From: Lama glama
Taxonomy: Eukaryota
Length of the DNA: 63,876 nt
NCBI GenBank assembly: GCA_028534125.1
Contig: CM052841.1
Span: 55,428,001 to 55,491,876 of the forward strand
Direction: 5' to 3'
Notes under the pieces: model-generated
What the model was told of the DNA's origin: nothing
The model's database searches: none
Seen by the model: only the letters and a program-made list of their open reading frames with translations
Translations under genes and position numbers: made by a program
Part shown: one piece after another, positions 37,925-50,400 of the stretch
Position numbering within the stretch: the first letter of the stretch is position 1
Layout: the number at the start of each line of letters is the position of its first letter

Positions 37925-38663
37925 CTGCAAGAAAATAAGCAAAAGACATTGTTGACAAACTTCTAAAAATCAGCAAGAATTTATGCAACATCTTGGATGC
38001 AGGTATTAGCCAGACAGCAGCCTAATCTCTGGCAACAAGCAAAACCCAGAGAGCCAGAAGCACCTACAACCGGTGCCTCACTGGATATTCACAAACACAT
38101 TTTGATTCCACTCTCGTCATACAGAAAACCCTTCCAGATTGATCTCATCTTAAATATACTTCATAACAATTCCAGTCCCTGAACCACATTCTAACAACTT
38201 GACTGCCCTTAATTCCATTTTTCAACTTCAGTTTCATCTTTTCATCAACTCCCTTATAATCAGAAAGGTCTGCATCACAGGAATGAATTTCGGGGGAGAA
38301 TGGAAATTCTATTTCTCAGTGTCTCCGTGAAAAAGAATGTTCCATCAGCTGCAATAGTTTCAATATCCCCCACCCTGGAAGGAAAAAGAATAATCTTATG
38401 AATTCTTCAAAGAACTTTCCAGAAAGAGGAAACTAGGTAATTCCAAATCTTTTCCATACACGGCTGCCCATCTCACTGTCTTCTTCATAGCAATACCCTT
38501 CTCATTCTTTAAGGTCCTTCTTCTTGGAGATTTCTCAACTTCTTCATCCTAGGCTCATTAGTCTTCCTGACTGTACTGAATCTGGTTTTATACAAAGAGG
38601 TTAAGTGACGCTTCCAAGTTTACTCCACTAATTAGCTGTGCGGCAGGACTATGTACCCTGGCC

Positions 38664-38801
38664 TTTTTTTTTTTAAATATTGAATTTTTTAACTTAATTG
38701 TTTTAATTTTGATTATTTTTTAATGCAGTTACTGGGGATTAAACCCGGGACCTTCTGCATGTTAAGCACACATTCTACCACTGAGCTATACCTGCAACCC
38801 C
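38664..38801 (-). mobile_element. Vic-1 (camelid tRNA-derived SINE)
   Basis: Reverse complement GGGGTTGCAGGTATAGCTCAGTGGTAGAATGTGTGCTTAACATGCAGAAGGTCCCGGGTTTAATCCCCAGTAAC plus A-rich tail: A/B boxes and the Vic-1 head. Confidence 0.85.
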
Positions 38802-38869
38802 AGTCTTCAGTATCAAGTCAACCCGGGCTTCCTACTCCGTTTCTGACAATGTACGCCTTATTGATGGGA

Positions 38870-39100
38870 GTTAATATCTACTGAGCGTTTCTTATGTATC
38901 AGACACTGCTCTAAAAGCTTCACCTGGGTAAACCCATGTGATCTTCACAGCAACTCGATCAGGCTTTTATTATACCCACTTCACAGATAGGGTAAGTGAG
39001 GCAGTACCTTGTTAAGTACACTGCCTGAGGTTGCATAGCTGGTTAATGGGCTCACACCCAGGCAGTCTGGTTCCAGAACTTGAACCCTTAACCACTAAGC
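38870..39100 (-). mobile_element. MIR SINE
   Basis: ctgagcgtttcttatgtatcagacactgctctaa...atcttcacagcaact...ggcagtctggttccaga. Confidence 0.85.
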
Positions 39101-40289
39101 TTACTCAGCTCTGAAGCCTTAATGGTAAGCTTTCATGAGACTGAAATTTATTTATTCTATTGTGCAGCCTTCACTACATTAAGCAGCCCTGACATACTCA
39201 ATCCATTTTTGATTACATGGAGACTCACTCATCACACATGTAATGATGACCTACTATGGGCAAGACATTACCAAGGTATTACAGGAGATGATGAATATAT
39301 GAAGATGGGACCACTATTCAAAGGTGGAATGAGAAACAGCCTTATTCTGTGTGACCTATAGCAGCAACCTTTCAGATTCCACGGTCAAGTCCAGTCCATA
39401 AAACCACTTTTGGGGACCAACACTAAGTTCCCAGCATGTTCTCGTTCTCGGAAAGAACATTCAGCTAAACAGAAATTGCAGGTACTATTACCCGCATTTT
39501 ATAAGAGAAAGTACATTTGAACCAGCAACAAAGTAGGGAGGGTACAGACTCAAAAGAAAAGATGGCTCTTCATATTTAGACACCAAACTTTAGACCAGCA
39601 TTTGAAAGCCATCAATCTCTAAGTCGTGACCAAAGAAGAATGGCACAGAAAGTCACATACATGAAAGAAAAGCCCCACAGACAGAGATTTCAGCAACACA
39701 ATGAGGGGGGCCAGATAAGTGCGGGCGTTGGCACTCACAGACTGTGAACGAGGCTAAAAACCTCAGAGACATTTCAGACCACAGAGCATCTGATTCTATG
39801 GCTCTTCCTCCAAGGAATTTTAAAATGCTATAAAAATATAATTATAGAAGGAGAAAAAAAATAAAGTTTATGAGTTGTTTTATGGCCTTTTCACTTTGGG
39901 GTTCTGTCCCTGGTAGACTGCCAACAAAGGCAGCTTCCATGACATTATCCAGAAATGTTAGGTATTTCCTAAAAACCCACTGGAGTCGATGTCAAGGATG
40001 TTAATTAACAGAAGCCAGAGGGCCCGACTTCCTCTCATGTTCCCACTCCCATCCCCACCCCTCCGTGCACCAGGAAGTTGCCCACATCGACTGTCCTCCT
40101 TGCTCCAAAATGCCTCCTTGAAAAGTTGGGAATTCCACCATCAGCATGTCTTTTTAGAGTTCTAAGGGATTGTCTTATCCTCAGGAGTAACCACAATTGT
40201 TACTTGTTCAGCCTCTTCCTCTTAACCAGTTCCTTCTCAGAGCCAACCAGATAGCCCTAAAATGCCCATCAGGCTAGTGAGGCGACTAA

Positions 40290-40490
40290 GAGCAGAGACG
40301 ACAGGCAGACAGATCTGGCTTTGCCTCAAGTGCAGGGCCCACCGTCCATGTGGGCACATCATGTCATCTCTTTTAACCTCAGTTCCTACATCAGTCGAAT
40401 TGTACCTCTTCCACAGCATTCGATGAAATGATGAATGCAAACCATTAACACAGCGTCTGGCACATGCATAACAGGTGCTCAGTAAAAGGC
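40290..40490 (+). mobile_element. MIR SINE
   Basis: cctcagttcctacatc...aaatgatgaatgca...cagcgtctggcacat...ggtgctcagtaaa. Confidence 0.7.
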
Positions 40491-40509
40491 ATCTCTCACG
40501 AATGCTGGG

Positions 40510-41431
40510 TCTTCTGGTATTCTGAGAACCATTTTCACTGTGACTGCGGCAGAGGGGTGAGTGGATCCCATGCCAACACGAAGCAATGCTCAGACACCAG
40601 CTGGTGTGTCCCACAATTCAACTCAATTCTGTCACTATCTACCCAGAGACTGTCCCCCACCCCCACAATTCAGATGCCAATCACAAACCCAGGTTATCAC
40701 CCATTTCTGACCCATCAGTTATAGATTGGGGGTTCCAGTGACTCCCTCTTTGGACTTCAGATGCCAATCCCCAAAGGCCGGGTTGTTACCTGTGCTTCTG
40801 ACCAACTGGCTATAGATTAAAGGTTTCAACGACCTGTCTAACTCAGGGTGCCAATCGCAAGTCTAAGTTCTTACCTATACTTCGGATTGACTGGCTACAG
40901 ATCAGAGGTCCCCACAACCTCCTCCTGATGAATCTGCTTAGAGCGGCTCATGGAACTCAGGAAGTCTGTTTACTCACTAAATCATCAGTTTATTATAAGA
41001 AAATATAACTTGGGAACCGCCAGGTGGAAGAGAATCAAAGGACAAGGAAGAGGAAATTTCCCCAAATTTCCACGTGTTCACCAACCCCAAATCTCACCAA
41101 ACCCTCTTTTCGGAGTTTTTAGAGAGGCTTCATTACAGAGATATTACTGATGAAATCACTGGCCATTGGTGACGCAACCTCTACCCTCTCTCCCTTCCCC
41201 AGGGGATGGAGGGTAGGACTCCAAGTTCCAACCTTCTAATCACTTGATTGGCTCCACTGGCATCCAGCTCCAGCCCTTGGGTGCTTTTCAAAAGCGATCT
41301 CATTAACATAACAAAAGACACCTTTATAGCTCTGCTCACTTAGGAAATTCCAAGCGTTTTCAAAGCTCTGTGCCAGAAAGGGGGATGAAGACCAAACAGA
41401 TGTTTTTTTTATTGTAAGTCACAATATCACA
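40510..41431 (-). mobile_element. MER21-family LTR (MER21B/C-like)
   Basis: cagacaccagctgg..tgtcc.acaattcaactcaattctg; gagcggctcatggaactcagg; ctcattaacataacaaaagacacc; ggaaattccaag; ends cacaatatcaca. Confidence 0.85.
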
Positions 41432-41559
41432 TGGGGCTACTTCCTTGATTACGTCTATCAGTGGCTCCCTCCCACCTCTACATGTCAACTAGCAGCTACG
41501 GTCACTTTACCTCAAAATTTCCCACGCCTTACCCTCCACATCTCTTCCCGGAATCTCCG

Positions 41560-41910
41560 CCTTGACTTTCTAGATTCCCTGCCGGTATTTCCGGCACATC
41601 CCAACCTGTTTCACCCCTCTGTTACTTTTTCCCCAATCCAATCCCTCTGCCAAAAATGCTCTCTTTTTCTTTAATATTCCGCTCAAGGTCATCCCCTCTT
41701 TGAAGAATCCCCTGATGCCTCAGGAAGAGAAAAACCACAGCCTATTCACTCTGTTTCCACACATGTGGGCTTTCGGAGGGTGTGGATTTCGCCTTATATA
41801 TATCAGCATCACCCACACCGAAGAAGCACCTGGTGCACGGCATTCACTCAGCAAACAGCCCATAAATAAACCAGCAAATGAAGGAATGAACAAACAGAAT
41901 GAATTGACAG
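41560..41910 (+). mobile_element. L2 3' end
   Basis: gcacctggtgcacggcattcactcagcaaac...aatgaaggaatgaa tail. Confidence 0.55.
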
Positions 41911-41939
41911 ATTAATGGCGTGACTGGGTATATATAGCG

Positions 41940-42130
41940 TGAGTGTGGCACTTCACAAACCTGCAGAGCATTCGGGCTTTAGTTCAGCCATTTGAGCCTT
42001 ACCGCATCCCCAGGCTTTCTCAGGAAATCCAGGGTCAGAGAGCTTGAGTGATTTTTCAGGTTAAAACACGGCAAAGTAAGGACTTGAACTCAGTCTTCCA
42101 ACGCAAGTCCAGAAGCTTTTCTACACCACA
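41940..42130 (-). mobile_element. MIR SINE
   Basis: ggtcagagagcttgagtgattt...ggacttgaactcagtcttcc..caagtccag..gcttttctacac. Confidence 0.7.
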
Positions 42131-42149
42131 TACAGTCCTTATTATTAGG

Positions 42150-42760
42150 AACTAGTGATAGTTTAATTAGAAAAACCCCAATGGAGGATCTAGCTTGGAA
42201 TAGGGGACAGACAAAAATGAGAACAGAATTAATGGTTCCATTATAAACACGGGTGGAAAAACCTAAATGAGGGGTGCCCAGCGCAACCCTTGATGCAGTG
42301 CACACAGGGGAATGTAATGGCACCAACTGGGCACCTGGGAGAACCGTTCATTTGGGGAAATAATGATCGAAAAGATCCTGCAAATAGATTTTGCCAATTT
42401 CCTGATTTCACCGACTGCCAGCTCCATTTCCTGCACTGCATTCCTTGCTACAACCAAAGTTTCAGCCCTTGGAGAGAAGCCGAGAGATTTCTGCAAATGT
42501 TTTCTCTTCAACAGATGGAGCAGAAACCGAGAAGCATTACAAGGAAGATGGATCGGTGCGTCACATTTGCAACAATAAAAATACAGCAACGGTTAAAAGC
42601 AGTCGCAGTTAAATAGAACTGGGAACCCAGGGTTGGCCTAAATCTTTTTTTAATTAAAAGTGAAGGAGAATTTCAAAGTTCTATTTCAGCCCCTCGGAGC
42701 ATCAGTGTTGTGAATTCGGAATGTTTATGTGGCTTGGCGGGGTGTCAGATTTCTTGAGAT
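42150..42760. promoter_or_regulatory. Candidate conserved non-coding element / enhancer
   Basis: About 600 bp repeat-free between two MIRs; TTAATTA, TTGCCAA (NFI half-site) and AACAAT (Sox) motifs; retained CpGs; conservation not tested. Confidence 0.45.
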
Positions 42761-42809
42761 TTATGCGGGTTCAGGTCAGAACAGTGCAGGGAGGTGTGGG
42801 AATGGGGGG

Positions 42810-42980
42810 AGGCAGCACATCGCACGAAAACCTGGGTTCGAATCCCAGCTCTGTTCCTGTGTGACTTCAAAAAAAATCATTGAAGTCTGAATCTCAGTCA
42901 CATCATCTGCAAAGCAGAAAACCAGGGCCTGCCTCAGAGAGTTCCTGTAGGCGCTTGGTGAAATGACAGAAGTGAAGCAC
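42810..42980 (+). mobile_element. MIR SINE
   Basis: cctgggttcgaatcccagctctg...ctgtgtgactt...tctcagtcacatcatctgcaaa. Confidence 0.9.
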
Positions 42981-43414
42981 AGAGGAAAAAAATCCCTGTA
43001 GGTTTCCACTTTTCCTGCTCCTTCCAGAGCGACCACACCAGGGCATCCTGACAGCTTCCTCAACTTCTTCATCCCTTTCCTTCCATTTCTTTCTCTCTTT
43101 CCCCTCCTTAAGCTTCTGTATCATGAATGCCCTCCGATATTTGCTTCCTTTGGCTCCCTCTTCTTCTTCTATCTTTAAAGTTAATATGTCACTCAATCAG
43201 GTCTCGGGTTCACCTGAAATGGACACACCTGATGCTTTTCAACAGACCTTGGGTCCAGACCACGGACTCCTGAGTGAGGCTCCAGAATGGTGGAGGCTGG
43301 AATCCCGTCTGTCAATCAACCCTCCCCCACTCCCAAAGATGGGGCACACACGAGCCTTCGGGAACTGCTGTTGGATGAAGGCTGCCGGAGAGCAAGGCTG
43401 GTAGTCAAGGATGC

Positions 43415-43550
43415 TCTTCAGAACCACTGGGGGATGTTTCTCATATCACTGAAATCAGAGTACTACCAAGAAAAATCTGACTCAGTGGGTCAGGGTTGGC
43501 CTGGATATACTTATTTTGAAAAAAGATCTCAAGGATTAATAACTTGTAGT
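43415..43550 (+). mobile_element. MER5B-like fragment
   Basis: cagaaccactggggg...tctgactcagtgggtcagggttgg. Confidence 0.55.
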
Positions 43551-43759
43551 TAAAAAATCCCTGCAAAGCACGTAGTCAAGTCAGCACCGCGGATGAATTA
43601 ACACCAAGCTGTCCATCCTTTGTCTCTTGGTTGTTTTTCCCCTACAGCTCATACAGTCCACTCCCCGGACCCCCAAAACCAAAGTCACACATTTGCTTTG
43701 TTGGATGGTTATGGTTTCAGCTGGTGCTTACGTATTTACTACAAGTACATTCATTCATA

Positions 43760-44330
43760 TATAGACATCCACAGGTGTTAAGAAATGCATGTTAAAAAAA
43801 AGGAATGTAAGTGTATCCATACACGCATGAACAAATATGGACATGCACACAGCACACACATTCCTGTTCTCACACACCAAGCACACTCAGACACAAAAAA
43901 CATGTAAAGAAAGTCTTCAATGTAGAGATTCTATCTCAAATACCAGCCCTGATCACTTCAGTTCTAAGAGCCTTAGTTGACACGTCTCCAAAACAGAAAC
44001 TGTAAGACCTACTTCATAGTTGTAAAATCCAATATATTAGCGTCTATGAAAGCACTGACTTCATTATCAGTTATGCAGCACTCAACAAATGGGTGTCAAG
44101 AACCACATAATCATGTACGCATCTTAGCGATTCATAAGCTCATCCGTACCCACACAAGTTCACCAACATAGGGATGCACGTAGGAATCCATGAGCACATT
44201 CGAATTGCACAGTCATGTGAGAAACATCCAAATTCACATTTTATGTAAGCAGTACACACACACGCACACACACACACAGAGCTTCCATGGTACACAGCAA
44301 AGAGGTCTACACACTCTACACACTTCCTTA
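43760..44330. repeat. Degenerate (CA)n-rich tract
   Basis: Scattered cacacaca/catgcacac units with a purer run at about 44253-44278. Confidence 0.55.
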
Positions 44331-45669
44331 AGCCAGGTTCTTTCTGTGCGAGTCAAAATAAGCCATGGATCTGAGGTCCTGAGGATGTGGAGGAAACCAC
44401 CACACACAAGACGGATGCCAGGTGTTTTTCAAAAAGAAAAACCTTGGCCATACAAGCCAGTACTTCAGAGGAAACATAAGCAAGGACTCAGATCAACAGG
44501 AGCTGACCGCACGTATACCAGAGGAAGTTAGGAGGGAGAAGATAGTAAGACTGGAGGCCTGAAGGGTCCAGCTATGCGAAGCCATTTTTTAGAAACCTTG
44601 AACCATATATCATTTCAACCTTGTGGAGCTCACAGTCCTAAGAAAGGAGACCAATACTTAGGTGACTGTTTTATAAAAAGACAACATGAATAATTACAGC
44701 AGGGCTGGTCAGTGAGCAAAGTCATTGATTCCTATTTTGCTTCAAGCTTTCTGTGCCTTAAGTGTTTGTCCAGGTATCAGTGAGGTCAGCGATCATTGAC
44801 ACCTTCCCACCATCACCACCAAGAAATTTTGTCATGTTCAGAAACCACCATCAGTGCATCATGAGAGCACTTGGCCAATATATTTACCACTAGTGTTATT
44901 AAGCATTGTATTTCCTTCATGGCCACCTTTTTCTTGTATAATGATTCTCAAGAATGTTTGCATTTTTAATTTATTAGTATTTTCCACGAACTAGGAAGGA
45001 AGGTGGCCCAGATAATCGTAAAATGTCATTTCCTTCTAAGAGACTCTAATTTCATGATTCTATGGACTTTTAAGATTTGGTGGCACTAGGAGTCATTTTT
45101 ACATTCCATAAATATTACATTCTGTGCGTCCATGAGATGCTGACTCTCAGTTTTTATTATCCTCAGATTCTACAACTATGATCCTAAGATGCCAATATTA
45201 CAAGAATCAGACACATAGTTTACCATTCCAAGCCACCATCACCTGGGTACGAATGTGGTTGTTAGACTGTGTTCCCCATGAGACTAATGGAACCTACATC
45301 AGGGTCAAAGCACCTGTATTTGACCGGGGAAGGAGGGGTGGTTGTGAAAAGAGAGAAGGATGCCCAGTTGAAGTAAGGGCTCCTAAAGCACATCCGAAGG
45401 GTTTCCAGACACCTCCCTTAGCCTAATCTTCCTCCTTGACCCCATGCTACCGCCAAAAGATTGGGAGTACTGATTAACAGAAGAGAGGTGGCATAGAGAC
45501 AGGGCTCAGCTGTCTCCCGCCATTGTATCCTCCAGCATCAGAACACAGAAGGCTCTCAATAAATCTTGTGTGATTGAATGAGTCAATTGGACTTACTGCA
45601 GTATTATTCCACTTCCTTCTTTTCAGGTTGCTCCTTCTAAACTTCTTCCTCCTTTCTCCATCATCTCTT

Positions 45670-45880
45670 AACAGTACGTTAGACCTTCCATGTATGTTAA
45701 TTACAGAATCCTCATAGGAATCCAACAATGTAGGGATCAGTATCCCCATTTTACAGATGAGGAGACTGAGTCTAAGAAATGAAGCAGCTCACCGAAGGTC
45801 ACATAATGAACATGACAGAGAAAGAATCAAATCCAAATTGTCTGATTCCATGTTCAACACTCCTTCCTTTATTCCACAAC
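45670..45880 (-). mobile_element. MIR SINE
   Basis: tatccccattttacagatgaggagactgag...aaggtcaca. Confidence 0.9.
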
Positions 45881-45895
45881 TGCCTTATAATGTTC

Positions 45896-45991
45896 TTTTT
45901 TTTTTTAACTGAAGTATAGTTGATTTACAATATATGTTAGTTTCAGGTGTACAGCACAGTGATTCAGTATTTTTGCAGATTCTATTCCATG
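45896..45991 (-). mobile_element. 5'-truncated young L1 3' end with 11-bp TSD
   Basis: polyT-aactgaagtatagttgatttacaatat..gttagtttcaggtgtacagcacagtgattcag; TSD ataatgt(t/c)ctt at 45887-45897 and 45992-46002. Confidence 0.9.
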
Positions 45992-46299
45992 ATAATGTCC
46001 TTAATAATAATAAAAATAACAACCTAATGAGAGATGAAGAAAACCAATGCCTAGAGAGAAGACCTAAACTTTCCATCCCCTTGAATTTAACTCCAAATTA
46101 ACATCCTCAACTAATACCAATTCCCGTTTCAGAATTTCGGATAATTGACGGCCTACCACACCCAACTGTTCATTTCATTTTCTAGCTTTTCCTTCTCCTC
46201 TTGAAAGGGATGTACATGGCATGTGTTTATTTTTCAATTAAAGCAAATTAAACTTAATCTTGTTTTGAGAACTTTTTTTTTTTTAAATTTCCCAGCCCA

Positions 46300-46960
46300 C
46301 GGTGAGATAATTGAGACCCTGCTGTTTCTGGAAGCACTATTTAGAGAGAGCAGGCCTAGATCTGGCACAACCTTGGCGGAAGTCATCCTTAACCCCTCCC
46401 TGTCCCTTGTCCCACCATCACTGTTTCTCCAATCTGTCCACTCTTTGGCCACTGCTCTAGCCTAGAAGGACATCTTCCGCTGGTCATCAGAACAGTTTTG
46501 ACTACCTGCTCCAAGGCCATCAGATCCTCCCTCCCCTCCTCCCACCCTCCTCCTCGTCGTTTTTAATCCCAAATCTGATCAAGTCAATTGTCTTCTAATT
46601 TTCTAAATACAGATTACTTAACATGAGTTCTAAGGTTTTATACGTCCCATCCTTCAATTATGTCTTTACTTGAACCCCTGAGCACGCTCCCCAGTCAGAC
46701 TGTACTATGTCATCTCCCACTCTCTACTTGGAATGCCCTTCCTCCATCTACCCAACTGGCTAGTCAAACTTCAAGGCTCACACAGACAGACCTCTCTTCT
46801 CCCTAACATGCTGTGCATGCTCCAGTTTCAGCACCAGCTACTCTGTGTTACCCCAGGTTACACATCGGTCTCCTTAACAGACCAGCAGAGCTTCAGATCA
46901 GGAAAATGTCCTATTCATTGGAGCCTGTCCAGAATCCGGAACACAGTAACTCCCCAACAA
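46300..46960 (+). mobile_element. L2 fragment
   Basis: agtcatccttaacccctccctgtccc...ccactctttggccactgctctag...aaatctgatcaagtca...ttggaatgcccttcc. Confidence 0.7.
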
Positions 46961-47271
46961 AAGGGGAGGAGGGGGCGGGAAGCAGAAATGAACTGAAAAA
47001 GGGACAGAGGAAAGGAATAAGGAAGGAGAGAAAATAGGCAGGAAAGTGAATGGTAAAGGCAGATGGAAAGGAAACAGAGAGGAAGCGAGGGAGGAAGGAA
47101 GGTGAAACTTACGTTAAATTTGGGAAACTTCCCTTCTCACTTTTCTTTGATAATAGTTTTCTTAATATGATCATCATTTCAGAAATAATCCAGACCATTA
47201 GATCTTCTTATATAAAACTTTTCTACAGGCATAATATTTTTATTTTTCTGTGGAAGATAGCTATGTCTAGC

Positions 47272-47550
47272 GCAGTTTTCGAAAACAGGTTATGGAGAAC
47301 ATGGATAAAAATTAAATGAAAAATATAGAAAGTTGAAATTATGTGGTCAAATTTTGAGAAAGCTTAAATAAGATTTAAAAATCTCTCTTACAGGACTTTG
47401 TCAGAGCCTTAAGTGTGCCTATACACAATCTGATTCCCAGGAAGAGGGTAGTTCATTGAACAGCTCCCAAATGTATCTGACTACACAACGCCATTTTCTC
47501 AGAGCTTCAAAAGAAGCAGTGTGCCCTGGAAAACAACATGACAATGTTCT
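47272..47550 (+). mobile_element. MER103C-like (hAT-Charlie)
   Basis: tgtggtcaaattttgagaaa...caggactttgtcagagcctt...ctcccaaatgtatctgac. Confidence 0.7.
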
Positions 47551-48509
47551 GCCAGTAGCATAATTGTTGTCTGGGAGTCAGGAGTCTGGGGCTGTAGGTT
47601 GAACAATTCCAGTAATAGACTGTGGCCTTTGCCATGACATTCCCTCTGCCAGAGCTTTAATTTCTTTATCTGGGGTGGAGGGGGGAGAAAAAAAAAAAAA
47701 AAGGAGGGTCGGATATGATGGATCCTAAAGTCCTAGAAAGGACTGAGCTAGAAGGCTCGGTTCTAACACTCTGTGGTTCTATGATGAGAAACACACACAA
47801 GCTTGGAGCCGCGTCTTTGTGCCTCCCCTTTCCTCTACGTGGAAAGCCCCCTTTCCACTTCCAGGAGGACAGTTCCATCCCTCCAATGCCATTGCCTGTC
47901 CCGAGCTTCCCCTGGGCAACTTGGATTAGCACGCTTCCACTCCTGAGGTTTACTGCGGAAATACTTCATTTCCATAGGATGCTGCCCTGAATATGGCTCC
48001 CACCTTCTTGAATTCATTTAATTCGTCGATGGCAATGATACGCCACGCGTTGTGATGACAAGGGTGGCTAGGGCATCGTCTTACGCATGCCTCCTCTTCC
48101 CACTAAGCCCTTGGGAATATGTCATGGTCGTATATCCTCCCAAAGAACCCAAGATAATGGCTTAATCTAGGGCGAAAATCTGTCATTAGGGAGTCCCCTT
48201 TAGTGATCATTTAATGTTTAAACTCATGATCTCAAGTCAGTTTTTAAAGCCTTGGAACCCCTTATTCAACCCTTATCCAAGAGTAATAAGGGGAAGCAGA
48301 TAAATTAGAGATGCTCTGATATGGATGTCAAGGTGAGGATGGACTCACCTCCTCCTTCTGCAGGGGCCCCTCTGAGGGTTTCTTACAACTTTGGTTAAAT
48401 CTCAAGCCCTCATTTTACAATCCAGGAAACCAGAGGTTCAGAGAACAGCTGTGATTTACCTAAAATTCAAAGCTACAGTCCTCTAATTCTCGGGCGGTCA
48501 CCACTAAAT

Positions 48510-48765
48510 CTGTTTTCCAAATCGTGGCACACAAAATACGACCAGCAGGTAAAATGATTCCAGGTGATGCACATGTGATACAGCTCGTCTTCTGAGGGTA
48601 TGATAGCTGTTTTAGTGTGTACTGCAACGTCTAAACGACTTATCAAATATTAGTTTTTTTATGAATATTATTGCTCAGGCCAAGGTCAAAGGAAAAAAGA
48701 AAAAAATATGAGTCCATTTAAATTTGATTTAAGACAGATGACTCAGAAATTTAGGAAACTCTGCA
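48510..48765 (+). mobile_element. hAT-Charlie fossil
   Basis: tgttttccaaa ... aaatttaggaaactctg ends; internal gagtccatttaaa. Confidence 0.5.
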
Positions 48766-49059
48766 TTAAAGCACAAGTCTCTGCTTCGGGTCTTTTTTTC
48801 TACCCACAGTTGTTCACTGATCCACCACGTCCAACTACTCAAAATGCTCATTACCCAAGTAATGCATGTTCATTCAAGAAATATTAGGCAATACAGGTTA
48901 AGTGTAAAAGAGAGATTGAAACCCACTCAGCCTCTCACTGAAGATAACCACTCAGCTACTGGGTCCATCTTTTAAAATATACAACATTCGGCACTTTATG
49001 TTGTCTTTTTTAACGCAATAGTTTACAAAAAAATATATCCGTGTCGATAAATGTCATCA

Positions 49060-49185
49060 TGAATGCCACTGATTGAGCACTTACTGTATACAAGGCACAT
49101 TGCTAAGTGCTTTATACATATGATCGTCTTCATTCTCACAGCAGAACGCTCAGGGCTGTCATTAGCCCCATTTTACAGATGATGC
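49060..49185 (-). mobile_element. MIR SINE
   Basis: ttgagcacttactgt...gctaagtgcttta...ccccattttacagatga. Confidence 0.85.
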
Positions 49186-49429
49186 TCCGTATCTTCATCC
49201 CAGCTTCTAACCTATAAAGGTAGCCCTCCGCTATCATCCTGAATGACTCTAGATATTCCATTATATGCTTCGTTCTGTTGTGGTTTTTTCCCCCCCAAAC
49301 ACTCTAATAAAGTTCCTTCTTCTCATATGCATAATTAATTTACTTCTTAGAATAGGGAATTTCTTAAAATAGAAAGATGTGCACCTTCTTTAAAAAACAG
49401 GGACAGAGATAAGGAGAGAGGGAGTGACT

Positions 49430-49890
49430 GAAATAGGGAGCTGACCCTGCTCCAAGGCAACCCCGGCTTCTCCCCTCCCTCCCTTTGATCCCCTCACTGC
49501 AGCAACACTGCAGCCACCCGGGTCCCCTCCCTGGTCCTAACACCCCACGCACAGTCCCACCGCCACGACCTTCTTCTTGCTGGAAGGCTCTCCCCCACCC
49601 CCGGCTACCTACAGGCCTCTGCCCAACGTTAGCATCTCAGGGAGGTTCTCCATCGCTCGTCTCTACAGAACGGCACGCCCTCTCCCGCCGTGCCCCCCGC
49701 CGTGTCAATTGCACTCATCTCCATCTGACACACTAGATGTTCCCTTGTTTATTGACTTATCTTCTCCCGCACTAGCACATCAGCTCCAAGCAGACGAGGG
49801 CTGATTCAGTTTGGTTCCCTGCTGTAGTTATAGCTCCTAGAACAATGCCTTCCACTGAACCGGTGCTCCATAAACAATGTTTTACAGGAA
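49430..49890 (+). mobile_element. L2a 3' end
   Basis: gctggaaggctctccccc...tctcagggagg...cactag..catcagctcca...cctagaacaatgcct...gtgctccataaa. Confidence 0.8.
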
Positions 49891-50298
49891 AGAATGAAAG
49901 TCGCATTTCATAAAAGGTTGCATTCCATAAAGATTTCCGCCGAAGCCACAGGAGAGTGTCTTTTTCTCCTCTTTCTTGCCAAGACTGGATGCTCACATTA
50001 AACACACACACACACACAATTTGATGATGCTCTGTGATATCACATTGCTATTTCCATCTATTTGATTACTGGTGAAGCTGAATATGTGGGAGCTTTCGTA
50101 TAGATTTATTGACCGAGTGTGTTCCCCATCCCATTTTTGGCTGGAAGTCCCATCCCCAGATCACATTCTGATCACATGATCTTATGACCATATCTGTGCT
50201 TGTGTCCCATTAATAGAGATGGAAGTGGTCATCTTCCCCTTATTCCACTGCTCTTTTCCTTGCTATCTCTTCTCAAGTACATTCAACATTCTCTTCAT

Positions 50299-50400
50299 TT
50301 ATATATATAGTGTGTGTTTGTGTGTATGTGTGTGTAGAGGGAGGGATTAAATGCAGATCTCTCTCTCTATCTATATCTATATCTATCTATCTATATATAT
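50299..50400. repeat. Compound microsatellite (TA)n/(TG)n/(TC)n/(TATC)n
   Basis: Directly visible. Confidence 0.85.

Noticed and set aside
38730-38801. tRNA-Ala-like gene
   Set aside because: It has an A-rich tail, a degenerate B box and no proper acceptor stem, so it is a SINE head rather than a tRNA.
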